A stretch of DNA of 64,000 nt from an uncultured Gemmatimonadales bacterium (GCA_963771275.1 CAVYSW010000003.1:896001-960000); one strand, 5' to 3'. Positions 9,531 through 20,109 are shown, counted from the first letter of the stretch. Notes: a model not told the origin generated them from the sequence alone. A program made the numbers and translations.

Positions 9531-10786
9531 GCGGCGCCCCACCAGTGGGCCGGACCGTCTTGCTGCTGGGATGCGGGATGCAGGGGAAGGCGGCGCTCTA
9601 CGACCTCGTGCACCATGGCGACGTCACGCGGGTCATCGTCGCCGACAACCGGTCGGATCTCGAGGCGGACCTCGCCGCGTATTCCCCGGACCACGTGTCG
9701 GGACGGGTGCTGGACGCCGAAGATCAGCCGGCTCTCGCCGCGCTGATGCGCGAAGTCGATCTCGTGATCGAGGCGTTGCCCGGGCCGTTCGCGCTTCCCG
9801 TGGGGCGCCTGGCCGCGGAGGTCGGCGTCCCTCTTGTGAGCTCGATGTACTACGTGGATCCGGGCGAGACGGACCCGGACCGCGTTCGTGCAGCCGAGCG
9901 CCACGTCCGGGACATCCACCGCCGTGCGGAGCAGCGCGGCGTCGCGATCCTCACGGAGTTCGGACTCGACCCGGGGCTCGATCTCGTGCTTGCCGTCGAG
10001 GCGCTGCGCCAGGTGGACGAGGTGCACGAGCTCCACGCCTACGGCGCCGGCATTCCGGCGCCCGGCGCGCGGGACAATCCCCTGGCCTACAAGTTCTCGT
10101 GGTCCCCGCTCGGCGTGATGCGGGCGTACCGCCGGCCCGCGCGGATCATCGCCAACGGGGCAGTCGTGACGATTCCGCCGGACCGGCTGTTCGAGCCCGG
10201 CACCTTCCATCGGCTGGATGTGCCGGCCATCGGCTCCCCGCTCGAGTGCTTTCCCAACGGCGACAGCGTGCGCTACGCCGAGTTACTCGGCATCCGGGAC
10301 ACGGTGAGGGAGATGGGACGCTACACCGGCCGGCTGCCCGGGCATTGCGCGTTCTGGGAGGTGATGGTGAAGAGCGGCTTCCTCGATGATGCCGCGATCC
10401 GGGTCGGAGACAGCCGCATCGCGCCAATGCGGTTCGTCGAGGCGCTGCTCGCCTCGCGGCCCGCGTTCCGGTACGCCGACGACGAAGCGGACATGACGTT
10501 CCTCAGGGTGGACGTGCGTGGCCTGCGAAACGGCGTCAGGCGGCGGGTATGCTACGACCTCGTGGACACGCGTGACTTCACGACGGGCTTCACGTCGATG
10601 CAGCGCACCGTGGGGTTCACCCTGAGCTTGGGGGCGCAGCTGATTCTCGGCGGTACGCTCCGGAAACCCGGCGTCCTCACGCCGGTGGACGTTCCCTACC
10701 ACCACGTGTTTCCGGCGCTGGAGCGGCACGGGATGCACGTGGTGCGGAAGGCGATGCCATGGGAGGTGAGCGAGCCACGCGGCTGA
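9527..10786 (+). CDS. Saccharopine dehydrogenase family protein
   Basis: GCGMQG Rossmann motif, FGLDPG, NPLAYKFSWS, SMQRTVG. Confidence 0.85.
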   Translation: MSGAPPVGRTVLLLGCGMQGKAALYDLVHHGDVTRVIVADNRSDLEADLAAYSPDHVSGRVLDAEDQPALAALMREVDLVIEALPGPFALPVGRLAAEVGVPLVSSMYYVDPGETDPDRVRAAERHVRDIHRRAEQRGVAILTEFGLDPGLDLVLAVEALRQVDEVHELHAYGAGIPAPGARDNPLAYKFSWSPLGVMRAYRRPARIIANGAVVTIPPDRLFEPGTFHRLDVPAIGSPLECFPNGDSVRYAELLGIRDTVREMGRYTGRLPGHCAFWEVMVKSGFLDDAAIRVGDSRIAPMRFVEALLASRPAFRYADDEADMTFLRVDVRGLRNGVRRRVCYDLVDTRDFTTGFTSMQRTVGFTLSLGAQLILGGTLRKPGVLTPVDVPYHHVFPALERHGMHVVRKAMPWEVSEPRG

Positions 10787-10872
10787 GATGCCGCTGCGAT
10801 CCTGGGGCTGTGAGGCCGCCGTCCACTACGGGCACGCGGCGGGATAGCGATCGGGCCGGACACCGAAACACG

Positions 10873-10909
10873 ACGGGCCGGTCACGCCTCTGGAGCGCGA
10901 CCGGCCCGT
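10873..10909. terminator. Hairpin between convergent genes
   Basis: ACGGGCCGGTC...GACCGGCCCGT perfect 11-bp stem. Confidence 0.55.
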
Positions 10910-10923
10910 GTGCGTGGGCAGGG

Positions 10924-11697
10924 TTAGCGGTGGAAGCCGACTTCCCCTCCGCGGCCGCGCCAGTGGCGGCCCTCACCGCATTGCCGGTTCGCGAGATCCA
11001 CCGTGAACGTCTCGCCGTTCACCGTCACCGTCGCGTACTGCGTGCCGTCGAACGCGATCATGACGTCCCGCTGGTGCGTCGTCCCGTCGTGCGGGCCGCC
11101 GGTGATCGTCACCTTGAAGTGCTTGACGATCGTGCCGCTCAGCGGCCAGCTGGTCTCGGTGCGCGGCACCGGGATCACGACGTTGTCCACCGTGTCGGCG
11201 CTCGTCATGTCGTACTGCACGTCGGCACCGTCCCGTGACCGCACCTTCGTCGTGGTGTCGCTCCCGGTTCCGTTCCAGGTGATGGACGTCTCGTCACCCG
11301 CCAGGCCTGACGCGGTGTAGTCGCGCACGCGGTTCACCGCCCCGGTCCACCGGTCCCGGCTGATCGTGCCGCTCACCGCGGCCTGGAGCCGCACCGTGTC
11401 CGTGGTCGCGGGATCGTACGCGTCCTGGACGGCGCCTGCGGCGTCGACGAACGTGCAGGTCCGGATGATCGTGATGTCACCCCGCGTGAACGAGCCGCAC
11501 TCGAACCGGCTGGGGTCGGCCGGCAGGCGGAGCCCGAACATGCCGCCCGGGCCGCGCATCAGCTCGACGTCCTGCGCCGCGGCATCCGACGCCACGACCG
11601 CCACGTCGGCGTTCGGCAGCGCCGACGTGTCCGGCGCCGCCGCATCGCGGGCGCAGGCCCCCAGTACCAGGGCGACCGGGACCACCGCGTAACGCAT
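10924..11697 (-). CDS. Hypothetical Thr-rich beta-strand lipoprotein
   Basis: ATG 11697, lipobox LGAC, high-GC3 codon usage. Confidence 0.7.
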   Translation of the reverse strand: MRYAVVPVALVLGACARDAAAPDTSALPNADVAVVASDAAAQDVELMRGPGGMFGLRLPADPSRFECGSFTRGDITIIRTCTFVDAAGAVQDAYDPATTDTVRLQAAVSGTISRDRWTGAVNRVRDYTASGLAGDETSITWNGTGSDTTTKVRSRDGADVQYDMTSADTVDNVVIPVPRTETSWPLSGTIVKHFKVTITGGPHDGTTHQRDVMIAFDGTQYATVTVNGETFTVDLANRQCGEGRHWRGRGGEVGFHR

Positions 11698-11996
11698 TGC
11701 GATTCTCAAGGTTGCCTCCCTGTACACCATGTTGCCCGCGGCGCGCCTGCTTGCCGCGATCCACCCGTATGACGCGAGACGCACCAAGATAGTAACCCGG
11801 TTTGCGCTCGCCCGTTCCGACCGCGATTCTTGAGGGCAATGTCCAACCCCAACCCGACGCCCCGGCAACCGACCCTTCCGGACGACGGCCGCAGCGCCGC
11901 GCAGCGCCCGTGGGAGGCCTGCGGGACGCGGCAGGAGGTGGCGCGCTCCTGGATCGCCGCGCCGCCTGGTGGGAAGCGGGACGCACGGGACTAGCC

Positions 11997-12606
11997 ATGG
12001 ACACCGCCAGGCGCGTCATCGGCATCCTGCTGGTGGTCGCCGTACCGCCCGCCATCCTGTTCTGGCTGCTGATCCACCCGCTGGCGGCGTTCTGGCGGCG
12101 GCTCGGGGCCGCGGTCACCTATTCACTGGCCGGCATCGCGTACGCCGTCGCGGCTTTCCTTCTATACGGACTGCGGGAGACGCTGCTGGGACGGAACCTC
12201 GGCACCCGGTGGCCGCTGGTAGCGTGCGGCGGCGCGCTCTACGCGCTCACGGTGTGGATCGACGTGCTATGTCGCAGACACCTGAGCCCAACCGCGCTGC
12301 TGGGAGCTCCTGAGCTGTCGCAGCGCGCGTATCCCGGGCGGTTACTCCGGGACGGCATCTACCGCGTGGTCCGGCACCCGCGGTACCTGAGCGTGATCGT
12401 CGGGACAGCCGCGTTCGCGCTGGTGGCCAACTACCTGGGCGCGTATCTCGTGCTCGCCGCCTGTCTGCTCGCCTCTGTATCCGGTCATCGTGCTCGAGGA
12501 GCGCGAGCTGGTCCGCCGCTTCGGCCGGGACTACGAGGAGTACCGCGCGCGGGTGCCGGCCATCGTTCCCCGCCGCGGGCGACCGCCGTCGCGGGCGGGC
12601 GGCTGA
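11997..12606 (+). pseudogene. Isoprenylcysteine carboxyl methyltransferase/PEMT family protein, frameshifted near 12474
   Basis: GIYRVVRHPRY in the first frame; conserved tail LEERELVRRFGRDYEEYRARVP lies in the +1 frame and ends at TGA 12604-12606. Confidence 0.8.
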
Positions 12607-12634
12607 ATCTCCCCCTTTCAGCAAGGAGTGGCAC

Positions 12635-13957
12635 ATGCAATTGGCACTGAGGCTCCGGACGGGCGCGCGCGCCGCGCTGCTGCTGGCGTGCGCCGCGGCG
12701 CCCGTGGCAGCGCAGGTGACCGCCATTCGCGCGGGTCGGCTGGTGGACCCCGAGACCGGTACGGTGGCCGCGAACCAGGTCATCCTGATCGAGGCCGGGA
12801 AGTTCACGGCGGTCGGCCCCAACGTCGCGATCCCGCGCGACGCTCAGGTGATCGACCTGTCGCAGCTCACTGTGCTCCCCGGGCTGGTGGACGCCCACAA
12901 CCACCTGGCGATCACCTATAAGGAAGAACCCGAGAGCAACGTCTACTACCTCACCTACGTGCTCGACCCGACGCCGCTCCGCGCGATCCAGGCGGCGTCC
13001 AACGGCATGCAGATGCTGAACGCCGGCTTCACGATCGTGCGCGACATGGGGAACGCCGGCAACTACGCCGACGCGGCGCTCCGGATCGCGATCGAGCAGG
13101 GCTGGATTCCGGGGCCCACGATCATCAACTCCGGCATCATCATCGGCGGGATGGGCGGGCAGTTCTGGCCCACGCCCGAGATGGCCGTGGATCACAAGAT
13201 CGTCTACCCGGAGTACCTCGACGCCGACACGCCGGACGAGATCGTGAAGGCGGTGCGCCAGAACGAGCTGTTCGGCGCGAAGGTCATCAAGATCTGTGTG
13301 GACTGCAAGCCGTGGGGCTACACGGTGGACGAGATCAGGCTCGTGATCACCGAGGCCGCGAAGGCCGGGCTCAAGGTCGAGGGGCACGTGCAGACGCTGG
13401 ACGGGGCGCGCCGCGCGATCGAGGCCGGCATCTGGTCCATCGCACACGACGTGGGGCTCAACGAGGAGATGCACAGGCGCATGGCCGAGCAGGGCATCTG
13501 GCGCGCCGGCACCGAGACGCCGATCACCCTCACCGGGCACACCACCCAGGCGCGCTACGACCGCACCGTGCGGCTGCTCAAGGACGCCTACGACCAGAAG
13601 GTGCCGCTCACGTTCTCGACCGACGCGGACTATTACGTGCCCGGCAAGACACGGGGCGAGGTGGCGATCGAGTTCCTCGTGACGTGGAAGGCGGCGAAGA
13701 TCCCGCCGGTGGACATCCTCCGCGCCATGACGGTGAACGGCTACAAGGTGAGCGAGACGGAGAGCACGCGCGGCCTCATCAAGCCGGGCCTCGCGGCGGA
13801 CCTCATCGCCGTGCAGGGCAACCCGCTCGAGAACATCGACGTGCTGCGCGACGTGCGGTTCGTGATGAAGGACGGGATGGTGTTCAAGCGGGACGGGGTG
13901 ATGACGCCCGCCGCGTTCTTCCACGGTGGACCGGTGAACGGGTGGCGGATTCGGTAG
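12635..13957 (+). CDS. Secreted amidohydrolase family protein
   Basis: AAGGAG RBS; PGLVDAHNH, GFTIVRDMG, STD, GLIKPGLAADLIAV motifs. Confidence 0.88.
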   Translation: MQLALRLRTGARAALLLACAAAPVAAQVTAIRAGRLVDPETGTVAANQVILIEAGKFTAVGPNVAIPRDAQVIDLSQLTVLPGLVDAHNHLAITYKEEPESNVYYLTYVLDPTPLRAIQAASNGMQMLNAGFTIVRDMGNAGNYADAALRIAIEQGWIPGPTIINSGIIIGGMGGQFWPTPEMAVDHKIVYPEYLDADTPDEIVKAVRQNELFGAKVIKICVDCKPWGYTVDEIRLVITEAAKAGLKVEGHVQTLDGARRAIEAGIWSIAHDVGLNEEMHRRMAEQGIWRAGTETPITLTGHTTQARYDRTVRLLKDAYDQKVPLTFSTDADYYVPGKTRGEVAIEFLVTWKAAKIPPVDILRAMTVNGYKVSETESTRGLIKPGLAADLIAVQGNPLENIDVLRDVRFVMKDGMVFKRDGVMTPAAFFHGGPVNGWRIR

Positions 13958-13966
13958 GGGGGTCTT

Positions 13967-13995
13967 CCTGGGGGGCGACTACCCTGCCCCCCAGG
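13967..13995 (+). terminator. Hairpin downstream of amidohydrolase
   Basis: CCTGGGGGGC / GCCCCCCAGG 10-bp stem, no U tract. Confidence 0.4.
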
Positions 13996-14103
13996 GCCCA
14001 CCAGCGGCCGGTCTGACGTCGGGGAGGCTTCACCCTCTGTTCATCACGCTTTCAGGGTCCAGATCGCATGGTAACGTAAGGCCGTATCCCTGGAGGACGG
14101 CCC

Positions 14104-15525
14104 GTGACTCGACCGGCGTTCGTCGCTGCTTTCCCCCTGACCGCCCTGACGCTGCTTTGCTCCTGCACCGCCTGCGGAAACGACGACATAGTTCCGCCTC
14201 CACCAACACCGCAGGACACCATCCCACCGACCATTACGGTCGTCTTTCCCACGGACTCGGCCTTCGACCAGGACGGTGACGCCCTGCTGGACGTCCGCCT
14301 CTCGTTGTCGGACTCCGGCGGGCGCGTGGATCCGGCGGCCATCATGGTGCGGAGCCTCCGGGGCGTGAACGGCCCGGCGGGTAACAACGCCAATCTCCTC
14401 AACTACTGGCAGGTCGAGACGCGCGATAGCGCGACCCTCGTCTTCCACGAGACGATCGAGAATCTGCTCCACGGGGGCGAGAACGGGCTGGAGGTCACGG
14501 TACCCGACACTGCGGGCAACGTGGCGACCGACACTATCACCCTCGTCCTGCCACATGGGCAACTCCAGCAGACGCTCGAGTCCGGCGTGCCGTACAACGG
14601 GTTCGCGCACGGCATCGGGGTGGTGGTGTGCCCCGATGACGACCGAGTCTACATGGCCGCGGGGAAGAACATCGTGGTGGCCGACGCGCTGGAGCCGAAG
14701 ATCCTGGCCGCCGTCCGGTACACTCTGGCCCCCGACGACTTCTATGTCCCGCTGTGTGTTCCAGATGACCCAATCCTCTACGTGACGCTCGCCGTCATGC
14801 GCTTCGACCGCACCAGCCTGCAGTGGCTAGCGGAGGTGACGCCGTCGTACGGGTCGATCGGCATCGTGCAGTCCCGGGCGGACCCCAACCTGCTGTACGT
14901 GGGCGAGAGCTACACCGGGGGGGTGGGAATCATCGACCGCGCGCAGGCAGCCCGCATCGGATCACTCGCTTTGCCCCCGGCGGCCTCGTACCCCGAGTGG
15001 GTGCCCGACCTCGCGGTCCTTCCCGGCGACACCAAGATCTACGTCAGTCGGTCCGAAGACCAGGGCATTCTGGCCGCCAATCCAGCCACGGGTGAGGTCT
15101 CCACGTACATCGCGATCGGCGGGCCCAACTGGCCCGGCCTGGGGGTCACCGATGAGTTCGTTCTAAGCCACGACGACCGCTGGCTGTACGTCGCCGTGCT
15201 GGCTGGGGACCCGCGCGGCGTGGTGGTGGTGGACACGCAGACCGACCGGGTCGTCCGCACGCTGCCGCTCCCCGACTACGTCCCGCAGTCGCTCGACCTG
15301 AGCCCGAGCGGCAGCCGGCTGTTCGTGACGACGCAGGACCGGGGCTCGATGCCGTCCAACAACGTGCTGATTGACGTGCCGGGCTGGCGGGTACTGCAGG
15401 AATTCCCGCGCCCCCGACCTGCGGGGGTGATCCGTTTCGACGGCGGGGTTGCGTTCCGGCGGGACGGAAAGCTGGTGTTTGTGGCTCACAACATGGACAT
15501 CGACGTCTACCTGATTAGGGAGTGA
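14104..15525 (+). CDS. Lipoprotein with Ig-like N-terminus and YncE/YVTN-like beta-propeller
   Basis: GGAGG RBS, lipobox-like CTAC; repeats such as LSHDDRWLYVA, LSPSGSRLFVT, FRRDGKLVFVA. Confidence 0.7.
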   Translation: MTRPAFVAAFPLTALTLLCSCTACGNDDIVPPPPTPQDTIPPTITVVFPTDSAFDQDGDALLDVRLSLSDSGGRVDPAAIMVRSLRGVNGPAGNNANLLNYWQVETRDSATLVFHETIENLLHGGENGLEVTVPDTAGNVATDTITLVLPHGQLQQTLESGVPYNGFAHGIGVVVCPDDDRVYMAAGKNIVVADALEPKILAAVRYTLAPDDFYVPLCVPDDPILYVTLAVMRFDRTSLQWLAEVTPSYGSIGIVQSRADPNLLYVGESYTGGVGIIDRAQAARIGSLALPPAASYPEWVPDLAVLPGDTKIYVSRSEDQGILAANPATGEVSTYIAIGGPNWPGLGVTDEFVLSHDDRWLYVAVLAGDPRGVVVVDTQTDRVVRTLPLPDYVPQSLDLSPSGSRLFVTTQDRGSMPSNNVLIDVPGWRVLQEFPRPRPAGVIRFDGGVAFRRDGKLVFVAHNMDIDVYLIRE

Positions 15526-17057
15526 CGGCCATGTCCTCGAATCGCACCATCGAGACGGTGCGTGCTGCCACGATCCTCACCGTCGTGGCAGCCCTGTGCG
15601 GCACCTGTTCCCGGGATCGCACCACCGGGCCGGACCCCACCCTGCAGTCGATGGGACCGCTCACGGCCGAAGGGGAGTTCATCGGCAATCTGTATGTGAA
15701 TGGGGAGAAGTCGACGCAAGGCTACTACGTGACCTTGCAGCCGTGGGACTCGGCAACGTGGTCCCGCCTGGACACCGTGCATAGCATCTCGATGTGGGGC
15801 AATCCCAGCCTGCCGCGCATGTGGGAGTGGTACGACCCCAAGGCCGCTGGGGCATGCGGCAACCTCAGCAGCTACCTGGCGGGGGACACGACGGCACGGG
15901 AGAGGGAGGGACACTGGTCAGGTCCCAACTCCCCGCCGGATCCCAACACGAAGGAGCGCCACTGCATCCGGCCGGGCGTGTATCGGTTCTCCGTCGCCGG
16001 CAAGTCATTCCTCGTGGACTACCTCTCTGTGAAATCGATTTCCGGCGGCGTGCTGTGGGTGTGGAACGATTCGGCCGGCGTCTACGAATCGTTGGAGGGC
16101 GATCCGGACGACACGGCCAACATATGGACGGATCTTCTCGTCAATGTGGATCTCGGCACAGGCCCGGACACTGAGACTCGCGTGCTCAACGTGGAAAACG
16201 CCGGGCACAACCCCGATACCACGGTATTTCGGAATCAGGACAACCCGTCCGGGCGCAGACGCGACTGGTTCCGCTTCTCGGTCGCGGGAAGCTCGTCCGG
16301 ATGGGTGGGCGACTCGTTCGGGAAGGCATTGGCACGACTGTATTGGGACTACGGGCGGGACAAGACTCGAAGGACGAACTACTACGACCCAATCAGTCCC
16401 ATGGGCCGGATCATTCGGCTTCACAGCTTCTATAGCCATGTGCAGAGCGATACAGATGTGAGCGTCGCGCTGGAGCTAATGCGCCCGGATGAGGAACCCA
16501 ACGATACCGTCAGCGTCGCGCAACGCTCCGTGCACATCGAGGGGAATGCACGGCCGAGCGCGAGTTTCAGCGTATCCTGCCAGCAACTGCCGTGCACGTT
16601 CGCGGACAGCAGCACGGACTCGGACGGCTCGATCGTCGCCTGGCGCTGGACGTTCGGCGACGGCGACTCGTCCACCGTCCAGAACCCGTCGCACACGTAC
16701 GCCCAAGGCGGTGAGTACCTGGTGCGGCTGATCGTGAGGGACAATGAGTCCGCCGTGGACACCGCTACTGGCACGGCGGCGCCGCTACAGCTCGCGATCA
16801 GCGGGCGTACCACCGTCAAGCCCAAGGTCACGTGCGAGTGGGATGCGTTCCCGCACGGCGGGAGCGGCGGCATGAGCTACTCGTGGCGAATCGGTGGACA
16901 AGAGGTGGGGACCGACGACTACCTGTACTGGTATACCGGCACCTTCGGCTTCCAGATTACGCTCATTGGTGCGGCCGGCGACGGGCAGGTGGACACGGCG
17001 GCGGTGACGGTCACGCTCAACAAGAACGCGCCGAGCTGCGTGCTCAAGCGGGGTTGA
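15522..17057 (+). CDS. Secreted PKD-domain protein with unknown N-terminal domain
   Basis: FADSSTDSDGSIVAWRWTFGDG...NPSHTYAQGGEYLVRLIVRD PKD signature; GTGA overlap with upstream gene. Confidence 0.8.
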   Translation: MTAMSSNRTIETVRAATILTVVAALCGTCSRDRTTGPDPTLQSMGPLTAEGEFIGNLYVNGEKSTQGYYVTLQPWDSATWSRLDTVHSISMWGNPSLPRMWEWYDPKAAGACGNLSSYLAGDTTAREREGHWSGPNSPPDPNTKERHCIRPGVYRFSVAGKSFLVDYLSVKSISGGVLWVWNDSAGVYESLEGDPDDTANIWTDLLVNVDLGTGPDTETRVLNVENAGHNPDTTVFRNQDNPSGRRRDWFRFSVAGSSSGWVGDSFGKALARLYWDYGRDKTRRTNYYDPISPMGRIIRLHSFYSHVQSDTDVSVALELMRPDEEPNDTVSVAQRSVHIEGNARPSASFSVSCQQLPCTFADSSTDSDGSIVAWRWTFGDGDSSTVQNPSHTYAQGGEYLVRLIVRDNESAVDTATGTAAPLQLAISGRTTVKPKVTCEWDAFPHGGSGGMSYSWRIGGQEVGTDDYLYWYTGTFGFQITLIGAAGDGQVDTAAVTVTLNKNAPSCVLKRG

Positions 17058-17322
17058 CTCTCGCCCGGCACCTCCGCTGGATGCTCTGCCATGATCTCCG
17101 CCAGCGATCGCGCGGGTGGGCGCTGCGCAGAGGCCCTGCCCCAGCGTTTGCGGGAGGGCGACGAAGGCCAGCAACGCCCAAATTGCCCCGCCCTTCTTCT
17201 TAGGGGTCCCCGCTGGCCGCCGTTCACCTGCTAGCGCATTCGGCTAATGCCCGTTGCGGCGGCCCGCGGCCCGCTATCTTCCGGAGGCGGCCGCGGGGGC
17301 CCGTGCCGCATCGAGGAGACGC

Positions 17323-18642
17323 ATGACGCAGCGACGGAACCTGGCAATCCTGGTGGCGGGCGGCCCGGCGCCCGGCATCAACAGCGTGATCGCCGCGGCC
17401 ACGATCCGCGCGCGGCTCGAGGACGTCGAGGTCCTCGGCCTGCGCGACGGGTTCGAGTGGATCATGCAGGGCAACATCGACCACGTGACCTCGCTCGACA
17501 TCGACGACGTGAGCCGGATCCACTTCCGCGGCGGCTCGCACATCGGCATCTCGCGCGCCAATCCCACCAAGGATCCGCAGCATCTCGAGAACGCCGTGAT
17601 CTCGCTGCTCCGCCTCAACGTCTGGCAGCTCATCACCATCGGCGGCGACGACACGGCCTTCTCGGCGATGCGGCTCGCGGAGAAGGCGGCGGGACGGATC
17701 AACGTGGTGCACGTGCCCAAGACCATCGACAACGACCTCGATCTGCCGCCGTACGTCGACACGTTCGGGTTCCAGACGGCGCGCCACCACGGCGTGGACA
17801 TCGTCAAGAACCTCATGGTGGACGCCTGGACCACCTCGCGCTGGTATTTCGTGATCACCATGGGGCGCAAGGCCGGTCACCTGGCGCTCGGCATCGGCAA
17901 GGCGGCGGGGGCGACCCTGACCCTGATCCCCGAGGAATTCCAGGGGCGGCGCATCCGGCTCAAGACCATGGTGGACACGCTGGTCGGGGCCATCATCAAG
18001 CGCCTCTCCTACGGCCGCCTCGACGGCGTCGCCGTGATCGCCGAGGGGCTGGTGCTCGACATGGACTCCGAGGACCTCGCCACCCTCGAGGACGTCGAGC
18101 GGGACGCGCACGGGAACGTGCGCGTCGCCGAGGTGAACATCGGCGAGATCCTCAAGACGCGGGTGCAAGCGCGGCTCAAGGAGTTCGGCATCAAGACCAC
18201 CATCGTGGCCAAGAACATCGGCTACGAGCTGCGCTGCGCGGACCCCATTCCCCTCGACATGGAGTACACCCGCGACCTGGGCTATTGCGCCGCGAAATAC
18301 CTGATCGGCGGAGGGAACGGGGTGATGATCTCGATGCAGGCTGGCCGCTTCGTGCCCATCCCGTTCGCCGAGCTGCTCGACCCCGAGACCGGCCGCACCA
18401 AGGTGCGGCTGGTGGACATCAACTCGACCCGCTACGCCATCGCGCGGCGCTACATGATCCGGCTCAGGCGCGACGATTTCGAGGACCCGCACGAGCTCGC
18501 GCGGTTCGCGGCCACCTGCGGCATCACGCTGGCCGAGTTCCGCGCGCAGTTCGAGTACCTGGTGGGAGCCGAGCCCCCGCCGCTGGTGCTGGACGGCTCC
18601 CCTAGCCCTCCTGCGCCACGTCCGCCGGATACTCGGCCGTGA
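17323..18642 (+). CDS. pfp: Pyrophosphate-dependent 6-phosphofructokinase
   Basis: GGPAPG, GGDD (PPi-type Asp), PKTIDND, MGRKAG, GYELR. Confidence 0.88.
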   Translation: MTQRRNLAILVAGGPAPGINSVIAAATIRARLEDVEVLGLRDGFEWIMQGNIDHVTSLDIDDVSRIHFRGGSHIGISRANPTKDPQHLENAVISLLRLNVWQLITIGGDDTAFSAMRLAEKAAGRINVVHVPKTIDNDLDLPPYVDTFGFQTARHHGVDIVKNLMVDAWTTSRWYFVITMGRKAGHLALGIGKAAGATLTLIPEEFQGRRIRLKTMVDTLVGAIIKRLSYGRLDGVAVIAEGLVLDMDSEDLATLEDVERDAHGNVRVAEVNIGEILKTRVQARLKEFGIKTTIVAKNIGYELRCADPIPLDMEYTRDLGYCAAKYLIGGGNGVMISMQAGRFVPIPFAELLDPETGRTKVRLVDINSTRYAIARRYMIRLRRDDFEDPHELARFAATCGITLAEFRAQFEYLVGAEPPPLVLDGSPSPPAPRPPDTRP

Positions 18643-19861
18643 TGTCCGCGCGCGCGATGGCGCGCGCGGGACCTGCCGCGGGCTCGGGCCGCGGCGCCGG
18701 CGCCAGCGTGCGGGCCAGCGGCAGCGTGATCAGCACCAGCAGGGCCGAGATCCAGAACGGCACGCCCACCCCAAACCGGTCCATCAGGAGCCCCGCGCCG
18801 ATCGGGAACACCACGCGCGACACGCCCCCGAACGTGTGTTGGACCCCCATGTAGAGCCCGCGCTCGCCGCTCCCCACGACCTGCGACAACATGCCCGTGA
18901 CGCAGGGGAAGAGGAACCCGGTGCCGATCGGCATGAGCGTGAACCCCGCGAGCAGCACCGGCCCGCTCCGTGCCACGCCGGTCGCCGCGAGCCCCCCCGC
19001 GAGCGCGAGCGCGCCGAGCCGCGCCACCCGCACCTCCCCCAGCCGGTCCACCAGCCGCCCCAGCGCGACCGAGCGCACCACCACGCCCATCCCTCCCAAG
19101 TACATGATGAAGTAGCCGACCGTATGCTCGGTGACGCCGAACCGCCCGCTCAGCAGCAGCGGCACGGTCTGAATCGTCCCGTAGAAGGCGCCGATCGCGA
19201 CGGTGTAGATCCAGATGAGCCTGGAGGCGGGCTCCCGCCACTGCGATACCACGCGCGCGATCGCGGCCCGGCCGCTCCGCGGTTCGGCGGGCTTCGCGTG
19301 GGCCACCGACGCGCGCAGCTCGCGTGATTCCCGCAGGAAGCGCAACGCGAACGCGGCCACGAGGAGCGAGAGGGCCGCGGCCCCCAGCCCCGGCGCGTGG
19401 CGCCCGCCCGCCCCAACCAGCACCGAGCCCAGCGCGGGCCCCGCCACCGCGCCCAGGCTCGTCACGGCCGACAGCCAGCCGAGGCTCTTGGTGCGCTGCT
19501 CCGGCGGTGACGCGTCGGCGACATAGGCCTGCACCACCCCGATCGTCCCGCCGCCCAGACCCTGCACCACCCGCGAGAGCAACAGCAACCACACGTTGCC
19601 GGCGAACGCGAACACCACGTAGGCCACGGCGGTGATCGCCAGTCCCGCCAGAATCGCCGGCCTGCGGCCGTACCGATCCGAGAACCGCCCCCACGCCGGC
19701 GCGCACGCCAGCTGGGCCAGCGAGAACGCGGAGATGAGGAGGCCGACCACCAGCGCGGAGGCGCCGAACTCCTTGGCGTAATAGGGCAGGAGGGGCACGA
19801 TCATGGCGAGCCCCACCATGTCCACGAACGCCGTCACGAACAGCACGAGCAGACGGGCCAC
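18602..19861 (-). CDS. MFS transporter, TetA/DHA1-like
   Basis: GRFSDRYGRRP motif A, QAYVADA; about 12 hydrophobic segments. Confidence 0.9.
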   Translation of the reverse strand: MARLLVLFVTAFVDMVGLAMIVPLLPYYAKEFGASALVVGLLISAFSLAQLACAPAWGRFSDRYGRRPAILAGLAITAVAYVVFAFAGNVWLLLLSRVVQGLGGGTIGVVQAYVADASPPEQRTKSLGWLSAVTSLGAVAGPALGSVLVGAGGRHAPGLGAAALSLLVAAFALRFLRESRELRASVAHAKPAEPRSGRAAIARVVSQWREPASRLIWIYTVAIGAFYGTIQTVPLLLSGRFGVTEHTVGYFIMYLGGMGVVVRSVALGRLVDRLGEVRVARLGALALAGGLAATGVARSGPVLLAGFTLMPIGTGFLFPCVTGMLSQVVGSGERGLYMGVQHTFGGVSRVVFPIGAGLLMDRFGVGVPFWISALLVLITLPLARTLAPAPRPEPAAGPARAIARADITAEYPADVAQEG

Positions 19862-20109
19862 GCGACCTCGAAGGGAACGGGCTTGTCAGAACGGCTGGGT
19901 GGTGCAAGTTCGCTCCCCCGGACCGGCGGCGCAAATCCCCCTTTCCCTGCGTTCTCGGTCTGCCCGCTCCCCACCGGCCAATCGCCCGCCGCTCGCGGTC
20001 ACCGCCGGGGGGAAGCGGCCGCACTGATCCGGTACCGCCGGCGTCATTGCGGCACTCGGCCGGCCGAGCGTATGCTGCATGGTGGGGACCGGCTCAACGG
20101 GGAGATCCC

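Noticed and set aside
11839..11994. 51-aa ORF (MSNPNPTPRQ...) ending 2 nt before the methyltransferase ATG
   Set aside because: Weak RBS, low-complexity sequence, no motif; cannot support it as a gene
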